Source: Paraspadella gotoi
Taxonomy: Eukaryota > Animalia > Chaetognatha
Assembly (NCBI GenBank): GCA_051294375.1
Contig: CM119263.1
Location: 29,505,134-29,568,592, forward strand
DNA length: 63,459 nt
Direction of reading: 5' to 3'
Shown here piece after piece: positions 1 to 32,300 of this stretch. Below the pieces are notes generated by a model, which saw only the letters and a list, made by a program, of their open reading frames with translations, did no database searches and was not told the origin of the DNA. Both the position numbers and the translations under genes were made by a program. Numbering within the stretch: position 1 is the stretch's first letter; each line of letters begins with the position of its first letter.

Positions 1-144
1 ACTAAGGTTCCGTTCTCTGCCATTCTTTCTCTGCCATCCTTTCTCTTCCTTTCCCTGCCATCCTTTCTCTTCATTTCTCTGCCATCATTTCTTTGGCATC
101 CTTTCTCTGCTCATCTCGCCATTCCCTCCACCCAGTTTATCTAC

Positions 145-175
<31 letters not shown>

Positions 176-2047
176 CTATCTCGCCATTGTCTCAACATTC
201 TCATGCTCGCCATTGCCTTCCACCCCAAGTGTTGAATCTATCATATCTAATCTTAGTCTACTATTATCTATCTATCTATCTTCTACTAGTATCTATCCAG
301 TCGCTTATCTATCTATGCTTATCTAGTCTATTCTTATCTAGTTATCTATGCTATGTCTTGATCTGGTATCTATCTATCTATCGTATCTATCTATCCTGTA
401 TCTTATCTATGCTATCGATCCCCATTTCGTCAAGCCCCGTTTCCCCTCGAGGTTCGGCCTTCTCGTACCCGTCTATATTTATTCTGGGCTTTGCACTACC
501 ACGATCTGTTCCGTTCTCTCCCTTTGCCGCCAATCTCCCTCTCCGTTCATCCGACATCATATCGTCTCTCTCTCTCTCTACTCTCGTCTCTCTCTCTCTC
601 ATCTCTCTCTCTCTTCTCTCTCGTCTCTCTCTCTCTCTCCTCATCTCCATCCCTCTTTCTTTCCTTTTCCCTCGCCCCTATCGTCCAATCTCCTTTGCCG
701 CCCCCAGACGGTCCATCTTATCCTCTCTCTCTCTCTTATTCCCTGTCTCCCTCTCTCTCCCTCCCCCGTCTCCCTCTCGCGAGCCCGCATCGCGTCTCAA
801 GGAAGAGCGCGGGTCCTCCTCTCCTTTCTCTCTCCTTATCTCTTCGCTCGCAGGCTCGCGACGCGAGTTGACCGCGGCGACGCTCGCGGGCGTGAGGAAG
901 GACAGAGTCAACAAAAGACGGACGGGATATAAAGGGAAAAAAAGTCTTTGTTGAGGGAGAAATAAAAGAAATGAAGAAAAAAAGAAGAAAGAAGAAAGAA
1001 AGAGAATTGGAAAACTGAAACGAGGAAGTTGACATTTGACAGAAATTAACAAATGAGAATCATAATGAAAGTTTTCTTTTTTTGAGAATATGGACTTGTT
1101 TAAATTGTGAATTATGTCTTACAAATGACATTTTACAGTGGAGGTGGTATAAAAATGATAAAAATGGGGAAGAAAATGAGATGAATCGATTTATTGAAAT
1201 AAGAAAATCGAATCGAATTGGCTAATTGTACAAAGTCGCTTTCATTTTTATAAGGCGAGAGCGAGAGAGAAAAACTTTTGTTTACATTTGTAAACGAAAC
1301 AATACAAAAAATAATTCCAAATAAGGTAAAGTTTTTGCGACCTGCGTTTGAACAGAGGGAGCAAAATATTTCTTAGCGGGCATTAGAATTTTTAAAGAAT
1401 TCGGCCGGCGATTTTATTTTCTTTCAAACTAATAATAAATAATACGGATCCCCACTCTACTATTTCATAATTTTCGAGACAAAGTTCTAATTCAATGTTT
1501 CTCAAATGTCGATAGTTCAACACTTTGTGATAAATGCCGAATGCCGAATGCCCTACTTTTTATAACTGGAGCATTAAACAGTTTTGGAGGTCCGAAAATT
1601 AATTACAAAAATCGTCTCCAATGCAGAGAGAATCGTGCTTGATTTCGTCAAACGAAGCTTGGTGACAAAGGCAGTGCTTGCATTCGCTGTCCAAATTGGT
1701 AGACGAGTTTTCAGTGAATAAAATCCTAATCGATTTTCTCTCCCGAATCTTGAATTCTTAATCCATTTTTTCTTTTTCTTTTTTTCTGAAATTTTTTTGA
1801 AAATGATCAATTTTCCTTAGAGTTTTTTAAAATTATTTTTAAATTCATTAAATTCATTTTTTATATGTATATAATTTTGAATTCATACTTATTTTACAAA
1901 TTTTTACTCCGAGTGAACTGTGAACCGTGAACTCTCAACTGCACAGTGAACTGTGAACTGTTACCGAGTCATTTGTGACGTTAGTAATTATAGTATATAT
2001 CGCGAATTCGCTTAACTTTCTCTTTTTCCTTTCTCATTCCTCTTTTA

Positions 2048-2209
2048 CAGATGTGGCCAAAAAAAGTTTAAACTTTGAACACCCTATTATCTCGCTTGTC
2101 TGTTGTTTTATTAATTAAAAAAAGGATCCAAATTTTATCTTACAATTCCTTTTTTTGCGTAATAAAATGCTTTTATCATAACTACTAAACTTTTTTTGGA
2201 CCATATGTG
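2048..2209. mobile_element. Tc1/mariner-like MITE
   Basis: Imperfect TIRs CAGATGTGGCCAAAAAAAGTTTA / TAAACTTTTTTTGGACCATATGTG, flanked by TA on both sides. Confidence 0.65.
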
Positions 2210-2552
2210 TATTGTGTAGGTTTTTCATGTAGTTCGAAACGCACGTCGCACGATTAATGCGATAAAAGAAATACGTTCTCATTGCAACCTCTCGCCTGAT
2301 ATTTGACGCGAGCGAAGGTCATGCCGCCGCCGCCTGTTGCCATAGTAACCCCATAGTAACGCCATTCTTTTCTTTGATAATCAGGAATGAAATTTCTATT
2401 TTTAGCGTGCGACGCATTCTCGAATCTCAAAACGACATTTATTTCTTATTGTATTCGATTCCATTTTTAGATCTAAGGCAATTGACCGAGATATTTCTGA
2501 TTTTCTCATTTCGGTGCCACAATTTTTTTGGACATCGTATTGAGTAATCTTA

Positions 2553-2598
<46 letters not shown>

Positions 2599-2703
2599 TT
2601 CCCCGCCTGACTTGCTTCTCCGCGCAAAAGCAAAAAAAATATATAACGCGATATTTGGGTTCGATGATTAGGCGCCTGAACGAAAAAGCGGAGGCAGAGA
2701 GAT

Positions 2704-2738
<35 letters not shown>

Positions 2739-3032
2739 TAGAGGTGTCAGCCACACAAAGTCTTTTCTCTCTCTCTCTCTCGACAGACTAGACTCGCATC
2801 TTTCTCTGGGCACTGACGACGACGACGACGACGACGACGACTACCAACGTTCGAAGCCACAATGACGCGCGTAGCGAAGAAGCAACTGCTGCAGCTCTTG
2901 AGTGTGTTCGTGTGTGTGCGCGTCTCTCTCTCGCTCTATCTCTGTTTTGTATGTGCGTGCACTCGCCTGAGTGCGGTGGGTATTGTATTTCTCGATCCCC
3001 GGGCCATGAGAGAGAGAGAGAGNNNNNNNNNN

Positions 3033-3070
<38 letters not shown>

Positions 3071-3304
3071 TGCCTAATTTTGTGCTACTGTTTCCCTTTT
3101 CTCGCTAAAATTCGATGAAAACAAAGACTTGCTCCACAAAACAGAGACGTAAAACAAAGAGAAAGAGAAAGAAGCTTTTTTTGCAAAAATCTCTCTCAGC
3201 AAAACCGGGAGAAATTAGCAGCGTAGAAAATATAGGGAGGAGGAAGAGGATGAGGAGGTGGAGTAGCCTGGCTTACTACTATTTTTTTTCTATCCACACA
3301 CAAT

Positions 3305-3389
<85 letters not shown>

Positions 3390-3795
3390 CTAAGCTGAAA
3401 GTGTTTGAATGAGGATTGAAGGGAGAACCAGCGAGCGGGAAATAGTGCGGGAATTAGTCGTGCCTTTGAGTTCTTTGTTTTCAACAAAAGAGCATCGGGG
3501 AAACTGACGAAGAGAAAGAATTAATCTCTTTATGGGCTTAGTTCTACAACAAAGGAACTAAAATAGAAGGCATTATATATTTCTAAAATAATTGAGTTCC
3601 TTTAACTTTTTACAAAAATGTGTGAAGCTAGTTGTCAGGGGTGAATCCTTTGCGTGACTGTGAGGATTAGTTCAACCTCATGCAACAAATGTTCAAAGAT
3701 AAAAATGTGACACATACGTAAACGTTTTCTGCGCAGATTCATTTCACATGAGCGTCTCGCTCGCCAACACTGATCTTCGCATCAACGTTTCCCCC

Positions 3796-14691
<10,896 letters not shown>

Positions 14692-14870
14692 AACGTACCT
14701 CGGAAGAAATCGCTGTGCCAAAGTGAAATACATTTCGAAGCGAGTTCTACATTGAAAGCAGGATACCGATACATTCTATACACACATCTATAAACCCGTA
14801 TCAATATATATAACAAAGTTTACATCGATACATTGCTATTTTAGTTTTTAGTTTTTAGATTTTTTAAAAA

Positions 14871-14876
14871 AATAAA
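14871..14876 (+). promoter_or_regulatory. Candidate polyadenylation signal of CIC
   Basis: AATAAA 180 nt after the stop codon, with T-rich sequence downstream. Confidence 0.4.
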
Positions 14877-16665
14877 AGATTCTTAACAGAACATATTTAT
14901 GACCGAAGTCGACGCGAATTTTTTTTTTTTTGCGTCCGATTTTCCCGCCAACTTTTCCCGCCAACTTTTCCCGCCAACTTCCAGTTCTTTATTTTGTTAA
15001 TTTTTTCAAATTGAATTTTTTTTTGGATTCTGTTATTCGTTTGCCTTTTTTTCCCCACTTCTCTTAATTATTTTTTTTGGCCCTCGTTGTTTAAAAACAA
15101 GAACGGTAATTCCAATGTGTTACGCCGCAGTGACTTTATTTTCACATGTATTTCCCTTTGATCACATGATATGACATGACATACCGACCGACCGACAGAC
15201 CGACCGAAAAGTGTCTTATAGAGTTGCTCGCGGCGCAACTAAAAAGAATCTTTAAACTTGATTTCGATTCCTCCCTTCTTTTCTTTTTCTTTTCTTTTCT
15301 TTTCTTTTCTTTTCTTTTCTTTTCTTTTCTTTTCTTTTCTTTTCTTTTCTTTTCTTTTCTTTTCTTTTCTTTTCTTTTCTTCCTTCATTTTCTTTCCATT
15401 CATTTCTCTGTCGCTAGTCATTTGTTTTCGATCCAACAATTAAATCGATTTCGTTTAAAAATGTATTGGCACAACATTTACAACAACAACAACAACAACA
15501 ACAACAACGACAATCGCAGTCTAAAAAAGTGAGCGTTTTAAAATTAAAACATCTGCAGTCAAATGTAAATTGCAACTTAATTTTTGAATGCGCAGATTTT
15601 TGCTAAAGGCTAATTCACTCAAATGACTCAATTTGTTCTAAAGACTAAACGCTTGCTTTTTAAGATTTTAAATCTGTTACAACATTAAAACAACCCCCCC
15701 TGATTAATTTTTTAGAGTTTACAAAATGTCAATATTAATTCACGATGCGTCATGTTTTGAACAAATACATAGTATTAAAAAGTTATTTGTTTTCTGAAAA
15801 GATAGAACCAGTTAGATTTAATGAGAGATATCATTAACGCAGGCGGTTGCCAATTAGTTCAGATACGTTTGCCATTTTGTTTTGCCATTTCTTTGCTATT
15901 TTGATAGATTACGCTTTTACCTTTTCTTCGGAGATTTGACTTTTTCTTTTCTTACCAGATACCTTATAGTGTATGAGATAATTATTTGATATGATCTTAA
16001 ATGAGATTGAATTTCTCAATCTCATTTACATATTATAGTAGAGACACTAGACGTTCTCATCCCGTCCAAAAACGGCATTTTACGGCATTGTCACCCCTCA
16101 CGTCTCCGTTGTTGTTGTTATCAGATCAGCTTCTACAATGCCATGATTTCCAGAGAGCCTTTGACACGGCCTATGAGCCCATGGATCGACCTAACTCAGA
16201 TAGACTCGTGGTCAGATTTTTGGACGAACTCTTGGCACAATTGACTCAGCCACAGACTTGTGGACAGACTCGTGATCACCGCCCTCAGACCACACTCGCG
16301 TGACAAGCTCGACCATCCTCGCGGCGCCGACCACCGGCGTCCACGAGATATCCCCCGGCGCCAAGCCCATTGGCTAAAGCTTCAATTCAAAAATTAAAGT
16401 AAAGTAAAATTGAGCGTTCGATAACTCTATAACTCTAAAACCTTTTGTTGTTTTTTTCAATCTTTGTTCTTGAGCGACATCAGTTGAGCTGTATGTGAAG
16501 TGAAGAAGATCTCGACTACTTGTTTTTTGTCATTAATAATAAAAATCTTTTAAAGAGATAAAAATATTTAATGTTAGAATGGACAGAAAAAACCATTGAA
16601 ATCAAATAATTAATCGATAACTGATACCCATCATGAAATTGTCTCCGACAAAAAAAGCAATAAAC

Positions 16666-16704
<39 letters not shown>

Positions 16705-16993
16705 GAGAGAGAGTGTGTGTGTGTGTTCTATATCTATCAATATCTATACAGTTATTAATTAATGAATTAATTATTATCAACAATATAAAAAAACGAAAAA
16801 ACGGAAAAAGTAAATGTGAGCAACTGCCGGGATTAGAATGGCATTCTCCCGGTAAACTTTAGACGCCACAATTGCCACTTGCTCGAGGAATCCAAGTAGC
16901 AAAAAATGGCAAGATTAGGATGCCACTCTCGAAGGAGCAGAGGGTCATTGATCAAAGTCAAGAAGAACAAACCCGGTTGGAGGAAAAAAGGAT

Positions 16994-17098
<105 letters not shown>

Positions 17099-18070
17099 AA
17101 AACAAAAAAGAGGTAATATTTCATATTTGGCGTCAAATCCCTGATTCGTCGTGCGGGTCAACATTTCGGCGACAAATGAGTTGCGAACGAGGAAAGGAAA
17201 GGAAAGTGGAGGAAAGAAAAGAAAAAAGGAAAAAAGGGAAAAAGGGAAAGTAATGGAGATAAAGGAATGAAATAAAAAATCAAAGACAAAGGAACAAGAG
17301 TAGGAAAATAAAATTTAAAAAAAAAACATGAGCATTAAAGCGGAACAAGGTAAAAACTAAGAGTTCTGTAATATAAATAACGTTAGAGCATTCAGTGGGA
17401 TAACGAAGTTAAAAAATAAATCGAGATTTTATGTATAGTTAATAACATAGAAACATTTAAAGGTTATCGTATTTACTATAAATCATAAAATTTTTTTTTC
17501 ATCATTGAAATATTGAAAAACGAATAATACTTTGTGTAAACAACTTTTTATGAGCTATCTGAATCCGTTCTTAAAAAATAAAATAATTTTTTTTTCATTG
17601 ATAAATATTTAAATGCTTCAACGTTATACTGTACTTCACTAGGTAAAAAAGTGAGAGTAAATATTGATTAAGTATATCACAGTTGAATAAAACGCGGAAA
17701 CATAAAATGATTAAGAGGATTCCGGAAGAGGAAGAAGACTGGAACGATTTCGAACAGGATTTTCGAAGCCAAATCCTGTCTACTTACTTAAGTGATATAA
17801 TGGACAAATGAATTTTATATTACAGAACTCCTAATGATAAAAAGTGATAAATTTTGAACCACCTTAATGAGGAACGAAAGAAATAAAAAGATACCAAAGG
17901 TAAAGTCTTCGAATCAGTTTTAAGACTTTTTCTTTCTTTTTTCTTTTTCTTATTTCTTTATCTTTCTTTCTCTTCTTCTTTCTATCATTTTCCTTTTCTC
18001 AAATCGAATCCTCTACTTCTGACCTTTGACCTCGTCCCCCGACCTCAATCACGGCGACATCTTTGCCGCC

Positions 18071-18126
<56 letters not shown>

Positions 18127-18512
18127 ATCAAATCGGAGATCTAACAGGATCTAAAAAAAGGTCCATCTCCTGACCCTTTCGTTTAAACCACAAAAGATTC
18201 CCTTTTGTTGAAAATCTTTTTTGCTCAAACGAGGTCAAAGACAAAAAGCGACATCTAGTGTTAAACAAATCATATACGTATGAGAAGATAAAAAGATATA
18301 GATAGACATTTTACAGTTATCTAATTGTTTACATTTTATTTAATTGGTACTACCAATATAAATATTTTTCATTCATTCAATAAATAAGCTATCCCTTTTA
18401 GAAGATAATATTGCAGGATCCTGGAAGCTTTTCATCAAGACTCTCTCACGGTCTAATTTATTAAAACCCAGAATGCTTGGTCTCCAGAACAATGAAGTGG
18501 TAGATATTATGT

Positions 18513-24795
<6,283 letters not shown>

Positions 24796-25495
24796 CTGAA
24801 AAAAAAAAACCATAAAAAAAAAAAAAAAAACAAAAAAACAACTGAACTTCAATTCTTTCAAAGTTTATATATATAATTTTCATATAATATTTTCATTTAT
24901 TTATAATTTCATAACAATTTTCGTATTAATTTTTTTATAAAAATCGTGATACAGTAGTTAAAAATGTATATCATTTGTTTATTTGTTTTGCGACTTAGGT
25001 AAAAATTGTTCCATTGTTTAAGGCAAGACGAACGACCGACCGACCGACCTACAGACCGAATGTCATCGTTTGAAAAATCGAGAGACAGAAGAGAGAGGAG
25101 GAGGAGGAGGAGGAGGAGGAGGAGGAGGATTAGGGGGGGCGGGATCGAAATGCAAAACGATACGTAGGTGGGCGGGAGACAGGATAGGGACTTACAATTG
25201 TGTCATCTCTGGATCTCTTTATCATTTTTTCTATCGTTAGCTCTATTAACTTTCACACTAATTTCACATCTCTTCTCTCATCTCTCCGGGATCTCCAATC
25301 AAAGTCTTATTCAACTTTGTCATCTCCTCTTTCTCTTCATCATTTTTCTCTTCATTCCTTCCATCATACAGTAAGAGGAGGAGTAAGAGGAGGAGTAGCC
25401 GGAAGAGGAGCAAGGTGTCTCTGAAAAACAGGAGTGTATTTACAAGTAAATGAGGAGCATGAAATCATGATTTTATTGGTAAGTTCGTGCAAGTA

Positions 25496-28400
25496 TGTCA
25501 TCCTTCAGAATCGCTTCCCCCGGGGGCGGTGCTGGGGGCGGCCCCGCGGGTGGCTCCGCGGGGCGGCCCCGAGGGGCAGGAAATCTTTACGTGCCTAGGG
25601 GCGGCCCCCTGTAGCCTCTTTTTTGGAGCCCCAAGGGGCCACTCCAGGGGAATTCCCCAGGGGCTAGAAAACCTTGCCCCTGGGGCTACCCCCAGGGGGA
25701 TGGATTCCTGCCCCCTGGAACGGCTCTCTCTCCCTCCTATCTCTCTTTCCCTCTACTCTCTCTTTCTCCCTCTCTCTCTCTCTCTTTCTCTATCTTATTT
25801 TCTATTTTCATCTTTCATTACAATAAATAAAAGATAAAAAATAAAGAAAAGATAAAAAAGATAAAAGATAAAGATAAATATAAAGATAAAAATAATATTT
25901 TTCACTTCAATTAATCAATCAATGAACCAATAGCTGCACCAATACCAACTTGTATATTTTCGTCACCTTGCATAATTTAGTCAATGACATAATTTGGTCA
26001 ACTGACTTAAATTGTCAACTATATATTATTTAATCAACTTAAAATTGGTGTAAACTTTTATAGATTTTGGTTAAACTTTCATAATTTTGGTAATTTTTTT
26101 TAATTTAGTTAACTTGCTTAATTTGGTTAACCTTCATAATTGGCTAAATTTTATAATTTGGTAAACTTTAATAATTTGGTAAACTTTTCATAATTTTGGT
26201 AAACTTTCATATTTGGTAAACTTTCATAATTTAATCAATTTACACAATTAAATCAACTCCCATAATTTGGTCAACTTGCATAATTTGGTCAATTTCATAG
26301 ATGTCAATTGTCATTAAATTGGTTCAACTGGATAAATTGGTTAATTTGCTTAATTTAGTCAACAGTCATAATTTGGTCAACTTGCATAATTTTGGTCAAT
26401 TATGATAATTTGGTACAACTTGGAAATTTGGTCAAATTAATTAATTTGGTCAACAATCAACTTAACAATTAGCTAATTAATAATTTTATCCGATAGAAAT
26501 AAAAAAGAAGAGAGAAATAGAGTGCAAAAAATTTTTAATAATGTTCAAGTAAAAGTAACTTTTGTTTTTCCATTATAAACTTACTTTCATTTTTCTACCC
26601 ACACACAAAATTTTATCTTAAAAAATTTATAGAATAAAGATGGTTTTAATTTTTTAATTCACTTATAAAAATAATTAATTAAAAAATATTTAATTGATTA
26701 TATTAATATCAGTTCTTTAAGTCCATCCCATATTAGCATTAAACTCCAATTATTCGTGATTAAATGGATTGGAATAAAATTTTGTGTGTGGTAGAAAAGT
26801 ATGTGATTGAGCTAAATATAAAGTTTTGCTCACTCTCTCTCTCAAATTGTAGCCTCTACTTAACACGTGAGTTCATCTTAAGCAATCTACAAACTGACGA
26901 TTATTAATTACAAATCTTAAATAAAATAAATTTATTTTACGAGTAGAAACTCGTTTAATGTTGATGATAGTTTTATTGTTTTTTGGGGACTCCATAATTC
27001 ACTAAGTAGGTCTGTCATCACTGCCCATTATTTGTTGGTGATTTATTTAATTTCTTTTTAAACATCAAATTATGAATATTTTTTTTAAAATTTATCTCTC
27101 TATCAGTCTATCAGTATGTCCATCCAACAAAAAAGAAAGAAAAAAAAATTAAAAAAAGAAAGATAAAAAAAAGACAAAAAAAGAAGACAAATGACTGATT
27201 AGCTTTTACTACTAAATTTGTGTGCTACGTCCCTACATTGTTTGTTTAAAACTTGTTCTATATCTTTTTAACTGAAATAAAATAATTGGGTTAAAAAATA
27301 CAAATATTATAATTTTTAGATAAATATGTGGATATCCCGTCTCCACCACGCCGCCACAATGACTCCCCTGTCTCCACTCAACGAGACAGGCGGAGACCCT
27401 TGCGCAGGCAATGGGCAGACGATGCCTCTCCTTCACCTGTAGCAACTCATTTCCTTTCTCTGTGGAGTGAGCGCCGCCCAAAGCGACGGCTGCAGGAGGA
27501 AGGAGAGTCCACCACTCCTGTCGCAAAAGCGGCAAGAATGGAAAGCCGCCCACCTCACTGTCAGCAGGCGAGAAGAGGGCAGTCGGCAGGCGTACCAGGC
27601 CAGAAGAGACATCAGAGTAGCCTTGGGTATCTTCCCGCAAGGAAGCCTCCCTAACGCCGCACACATAGGCTCAACGATTTTGTCCTCACAGCCACTGACA
27701 CGTCAATGACCCGACCACATCGATCAGGCCTTTCATTTGCACAAGCCAAGGGGGGCCAGCTCACTTTGAGCTCTATCTTAACTCTTATACTTCACTATAA
27801 TAATAATTGCTTAACTATCCCTCACCTCTATTTCCTTCACATTTCAAATTTCACAATTTCATCTTCACTAACTTATTTATTCACAGTAGTTAATTGTTAA
27901 CACTGATCATAAGTTTTAAACAATATTTATCTTTGTTGTACATTGCACAATGTATTATTTTTCAAGTTCTCTCACTCCTCTCTCTCTCCTTCTCTCTCTC
28001 TCTCTCTCTCTCTCACCATTTCAATTTCTTTCACAAAACTGGCTCTATTTGTTTCACCTTAAATCTGTCCTCACAATTGACCACTATCCTTCTCAACTCT
28101 GTGTTGGAAACTTTGCCCTCTCTCTCTCTCTCCTCTCTCACCTCTTTCTTTATGCACATAATTTGTTTCAAATTCATTAACTTTTTTAATGCTGATGAAG
28201 GCTTGTAGTTAAGCCGAAACATGTCCGTTTTTTATTAAAAATAAAATCGTTGTTGAAAATTCATTTCAAACTTTTCTAATAGATAAAATATGGAATAAAT
28301 GAAGTAACAATAATTTGAAAAATATGTATATTTAATTTCAGTTACATAAAACAAGTCTTGAAAGAGAGAGAGAAAAAAAAGATCTATAGAGAGAAAAAAA

Positions 28401-28838
28401 AGGAGAGAAAGAAAAAAAGAAAGAGTGAATGAGAAAAAGAGAGAGAGAGAGAAAAAGAGAGAGAGAAAAAGAAAAAGGAGAGAGAGAAGAAGAGTAACAG
28501 ACAGGGAGAAATATTCTCAGATATAATAACATAGTCAGAAAGTATATTTTCTCATCTAAACTTTGCTCTCTCTTTAACTCGCCCCTGGGGGAGCTGTTTT
28601 GCTCCCCAAGGGGTTACCCCCAGGGGCAGACTTTTTTTGCCCCAGGGGGCTAAGCATTAGGGGCGCCCCTAATAGACCCAAAATGTTGGCCCCAGGGGGA
28701 ACCCCCCTGGGCGGCCCCCTAAGGCAATCCAGAGGGGGCGCCCCCTCAATGACCATTTTTGCTGCTCCCCCTGGAATAGTCTGCCCCCTGGGCCGCCCCT
28801 AGAGCCGCCCCGCGGGGCGGAGGATTTGGGAGATGACA
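25496..28838. mobile_element. Non-autonomous TIR DNA element (~3.3 kb) with GC-rich subterminal repeats
   Basis: Termini TA|TGTCATC ... GATGACA|TA; imperfect inverted similarity extends ~55 bp; both ends are rich in CCCC-N-GGGG palindromic motifs. No transposase ORF seen. Confidence 0.6.
25960..26460. repeat. Degenerate ~20-bp AT-rich minisatellite (CATAATTTGGTCAACTTG-like)
   Basis: More than 20 recurrences of taatttggt(c/a)aa inside the TIR element. Confidence 0.85.
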
Positions 28839-29346
28839 TATCTCAGTTCGTGGTAGTCGAATCATAGTCGAAATAGCGCTTCACTATAAGTGCCTCTTCC
28901 TCCTCCCCTCTCCCCTCTCCCTCCCCCCCTCTCCCCACCTCTTCATCCTCTCCCTCTTCCTCTACCTCCCCCTCCCCCTCCCCCTCCTCTTCCTCTTTTC
29001 CTCCCCCACCTCCTCCTTCCCCTCTCTCTTCCACCTCTTCCTCCCCCACCTCGACCTCCACCTCGACCTCCACCAACTCCCCACCTCCCCCTCCTCCACT
29101 CACCTCCTCTTCCTTCCCACCCCCTCTTTCCCTCCCCACCTCCTTCTCTCCCACCTCTCTCCTCCTCCTCTTCCTCCCCCACCTCCTCCCCCTCCTCCTC
29201 CTCCCTCCCTCCTCTTCCTCCCACGTCCTCCTCGTCTCAGCGACGCTTTGTGGCCTTTTTTGCATTTCGACTTCTCGCAAGACCCCGAGTTTCAGCTGGG
29301 CAGAAATCCCGCTGCTGTCCCCTAGAGGGAGAGGGAGATAGGACAG

Positions 29347-29398
<52 letters not shown>

Positions 29399-32300
29399 AA
29401 AAAATTGCCTGACTGGCCATCGTTCACTCTCTGTGTTTCTGTTGACAAATGAGAAAAAAGAGATAACGAAAAACAGAATGAAAGCGACGACGATAATGAC
29501 GATTACGACGACAGTGACGACGACGACGAGTCACGACGAAATCTAGAATTTCCAGAGTTCAAGTTGTGATAAAATGATGATGACATTGAGAGAGATCGCG
29601 GTGATAAAACTGTGATAAAATATTATGACAAAATCAAGATGATGACGCTTATCATGATGATGATTATTATAATTTATGATTTATAATTTAAGATTATGAT
29701 TAGAATATGATATTAACGCCTTCGTGATGAAACGACAACTGCAACAACGACGACAACAACAACAACAACACTTGCGGCAACAATGAAAACGACAAGGATT
29801 TTCTTGCCAAAGACGAAATCGACCATCACGAAGACGACAATCACATCACGGGAAAGATTTCCGAGGGTGATGATGATGATGATTGTGATGATTTTGATGG
29901 TGATGATGATGATGATGATTGTGATGGTGATAATGATGATGAATGATGACGACGACTACAATGATGGTGAAGATGATGACGACGAGAACGATGATGATCC
30001 TAATGTGAATAATAATCATATTGCTAATGATGATGACAGTGCTGATGACGGCGATGGCGATGATGTTGTTGATGATGGGAACGATAATGGTGCCGACGAC
30101 GACGACCAACTACAACAACAACAACGACCTTCGAAGAAAGGATCTTTTTGTCTTCGATTAGATCTCGTACTAAAAAAAGGAGAAGAAAGGTCATTTTCTC
30201 ACAAGAATAGAGAGATAAGTTTGGTGCGAGACATCACTGAGAACGATTCAGGAAAATAGCGCGACTGACCACTGAATAAGTTGCCTCTTCCGACTGACAG
30301 CGTGAGACGACGCCCTCAGCCCCCCTTCCTCCTCCCCACGAGGCCTCCTCGACCCAGCCTCTTCATCCTCTCCTCTTTTTTCTCCGTCTCCCTACTACAC
30401 CTCCCGCCTCCCCTAATTCACCCGCGCGACGCATAGCCTCCTTCCGCACTCTTCCTCCGCGGACGCGACCCCATCCTTCCTCCATTGCCCCTCACTCTCT
30501 GTACCACTCTTACCTTGCCTCCCCACCATCGACCCTTTACCACCTCGACGCTCGGGCATCCACCCAGACTAGCCAACTCCCCAACCTCCCGCTTCGTACC
30601 GTCCCACGACAACCCTCTTTCGTCAGTCAAGCCTCCTGTCTCCTTCCCACCTCCCTCGCATGTGATCCGCTCCGCCACCTCCTCTTCTTCTCCGACGCAC
30701 GGACGCCCTTCTTCCTCTGAACTCCTCTCCCTCGCTGGGATTGAGTCGCCTCCGAACCGAGACCCAGCGGGCTTCCTCGATGTCGAGACCAGACCAACCC
30801 ACATCCGATCTCTACCTCCACCGCTACTCCGTCCTCTCCTTTTTCCTCCCACGTCCTCCTCGTCTCAGCGACTCTTTGTGCGCCTTATCTGACAGATGAG
30901 GATTGACCTCGTGGAGACTCGAGACCGCACGACCAAGAGTTGCAGGAAGAGATACAGAGAAGACAATGGAGAGCGTGGAGAGGCGAGACTGGATCTTGGG
31001 GCAGAGGTATAATTTCGGGCGAGGCAAAAATTACCCCGACTTAATTACTTGGTTCTTGACGACATTCTGTATGTCTCTGTGCGTGGCTGTGTCCGTCGTT
31101 GGCCCGTATAGAGCGCTGTGTATCTAGGTAAAAAAAGAGATAAATAAATGGGACCGCCATTCCGGGTGGCTGAGGAGCGAGTTTCCCCTTCGTTGGTCGC
31201 GGGTCAGTTTCCGGTTGGGCGCCATTTTTCGGGGCGGCTATCGGCGCCTTTCGGCGCACCTAGGGAGCAGCCATCGCACGAACCGCTACAGAGACCGGAC
31301 GTCGGACGAGCGAGAGCCTGACGCAGAACCATCGCGCAGACCTACTCAATGCTGCAAGCGGATCGACGACGAGATCGGTCATTTTCGTGCCGGATACGCC
31401 GAAATGAGCGCAGGCAATGCGATGGCGACTGAGACGAGAGGACGACGAGCAGAGAAGACTACGGATAAAGAACGCAAGATGCAGGGAGATCCGTGGCAAA
31501 AAAAAAAAACTGTTGACGAGACGAAGAGAGTAGACTGACGGAGACGCTGGAGCGAGAGGGACTTGACGGCCGAATGCGTGGCACAGACTCAGTCCTGAGG
31601 AGGCTAAGGAATCTGATTTGATCCCTGTTGGAGACAGCGAAAGATACCTCAATTAGAGACCTCAGAAGAGAATGAAGGATAACCGACGGCGGGCTATAAA
31701 TGACATTCAGACCTCCCCCGAAACAAGTATAAATCGAAAAGGATAGTCAGCTGAGAAAACACCAGGGAAGAATAATTTCTGGTAGATGAAAGCGACGACG
31801 AATAATGTGGGTAACAACCCCGACAGTTACGACAAGGAACGGACATTGTAGACCCCAGGACCGACACGCCACGAGTGATCACGGAATCCGTCGAAACTCA
31901 TTGCCTAGTCGGTAGAAATATCCAGGTGAAGTCTCTACAAAAATGAGATTGTCAATAGGGCGATAAGAGCAACATGACATGAATGGACGGAACAGTGACC
32001 ATGAAGAGATTGAAGTATTTGTACGCACCCAGGACCGGAAATTATTTCGCCCGATAATTGCAATACAATTAATATTGTTGAGGAGGGAAATGTCTTTTTA
32101 ACAGGCATACACTCTGCACAAGTCTCAAGCAGCGCGTTGAAGGTAAAAGTGAATCAAAACGTGCGCCTGAAATCACTAAAATTCGAAAAATATTGTCTTA
32201 TTGAGACAAACAATAATCAATTCCTTCTTTCCGGTTTGGACTTCGTCGCTCTTTATCATCGCTCTCGTCATGCATGCATTATTTTATATTTCATGATTCT

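Noticed and set aside
93-1052. Long ORFs of 124-255 aa on both strands
   Set aside because: Products of (CTAT)n and (CT)n simple repeats; poly-SL/ER peptides with no domain.
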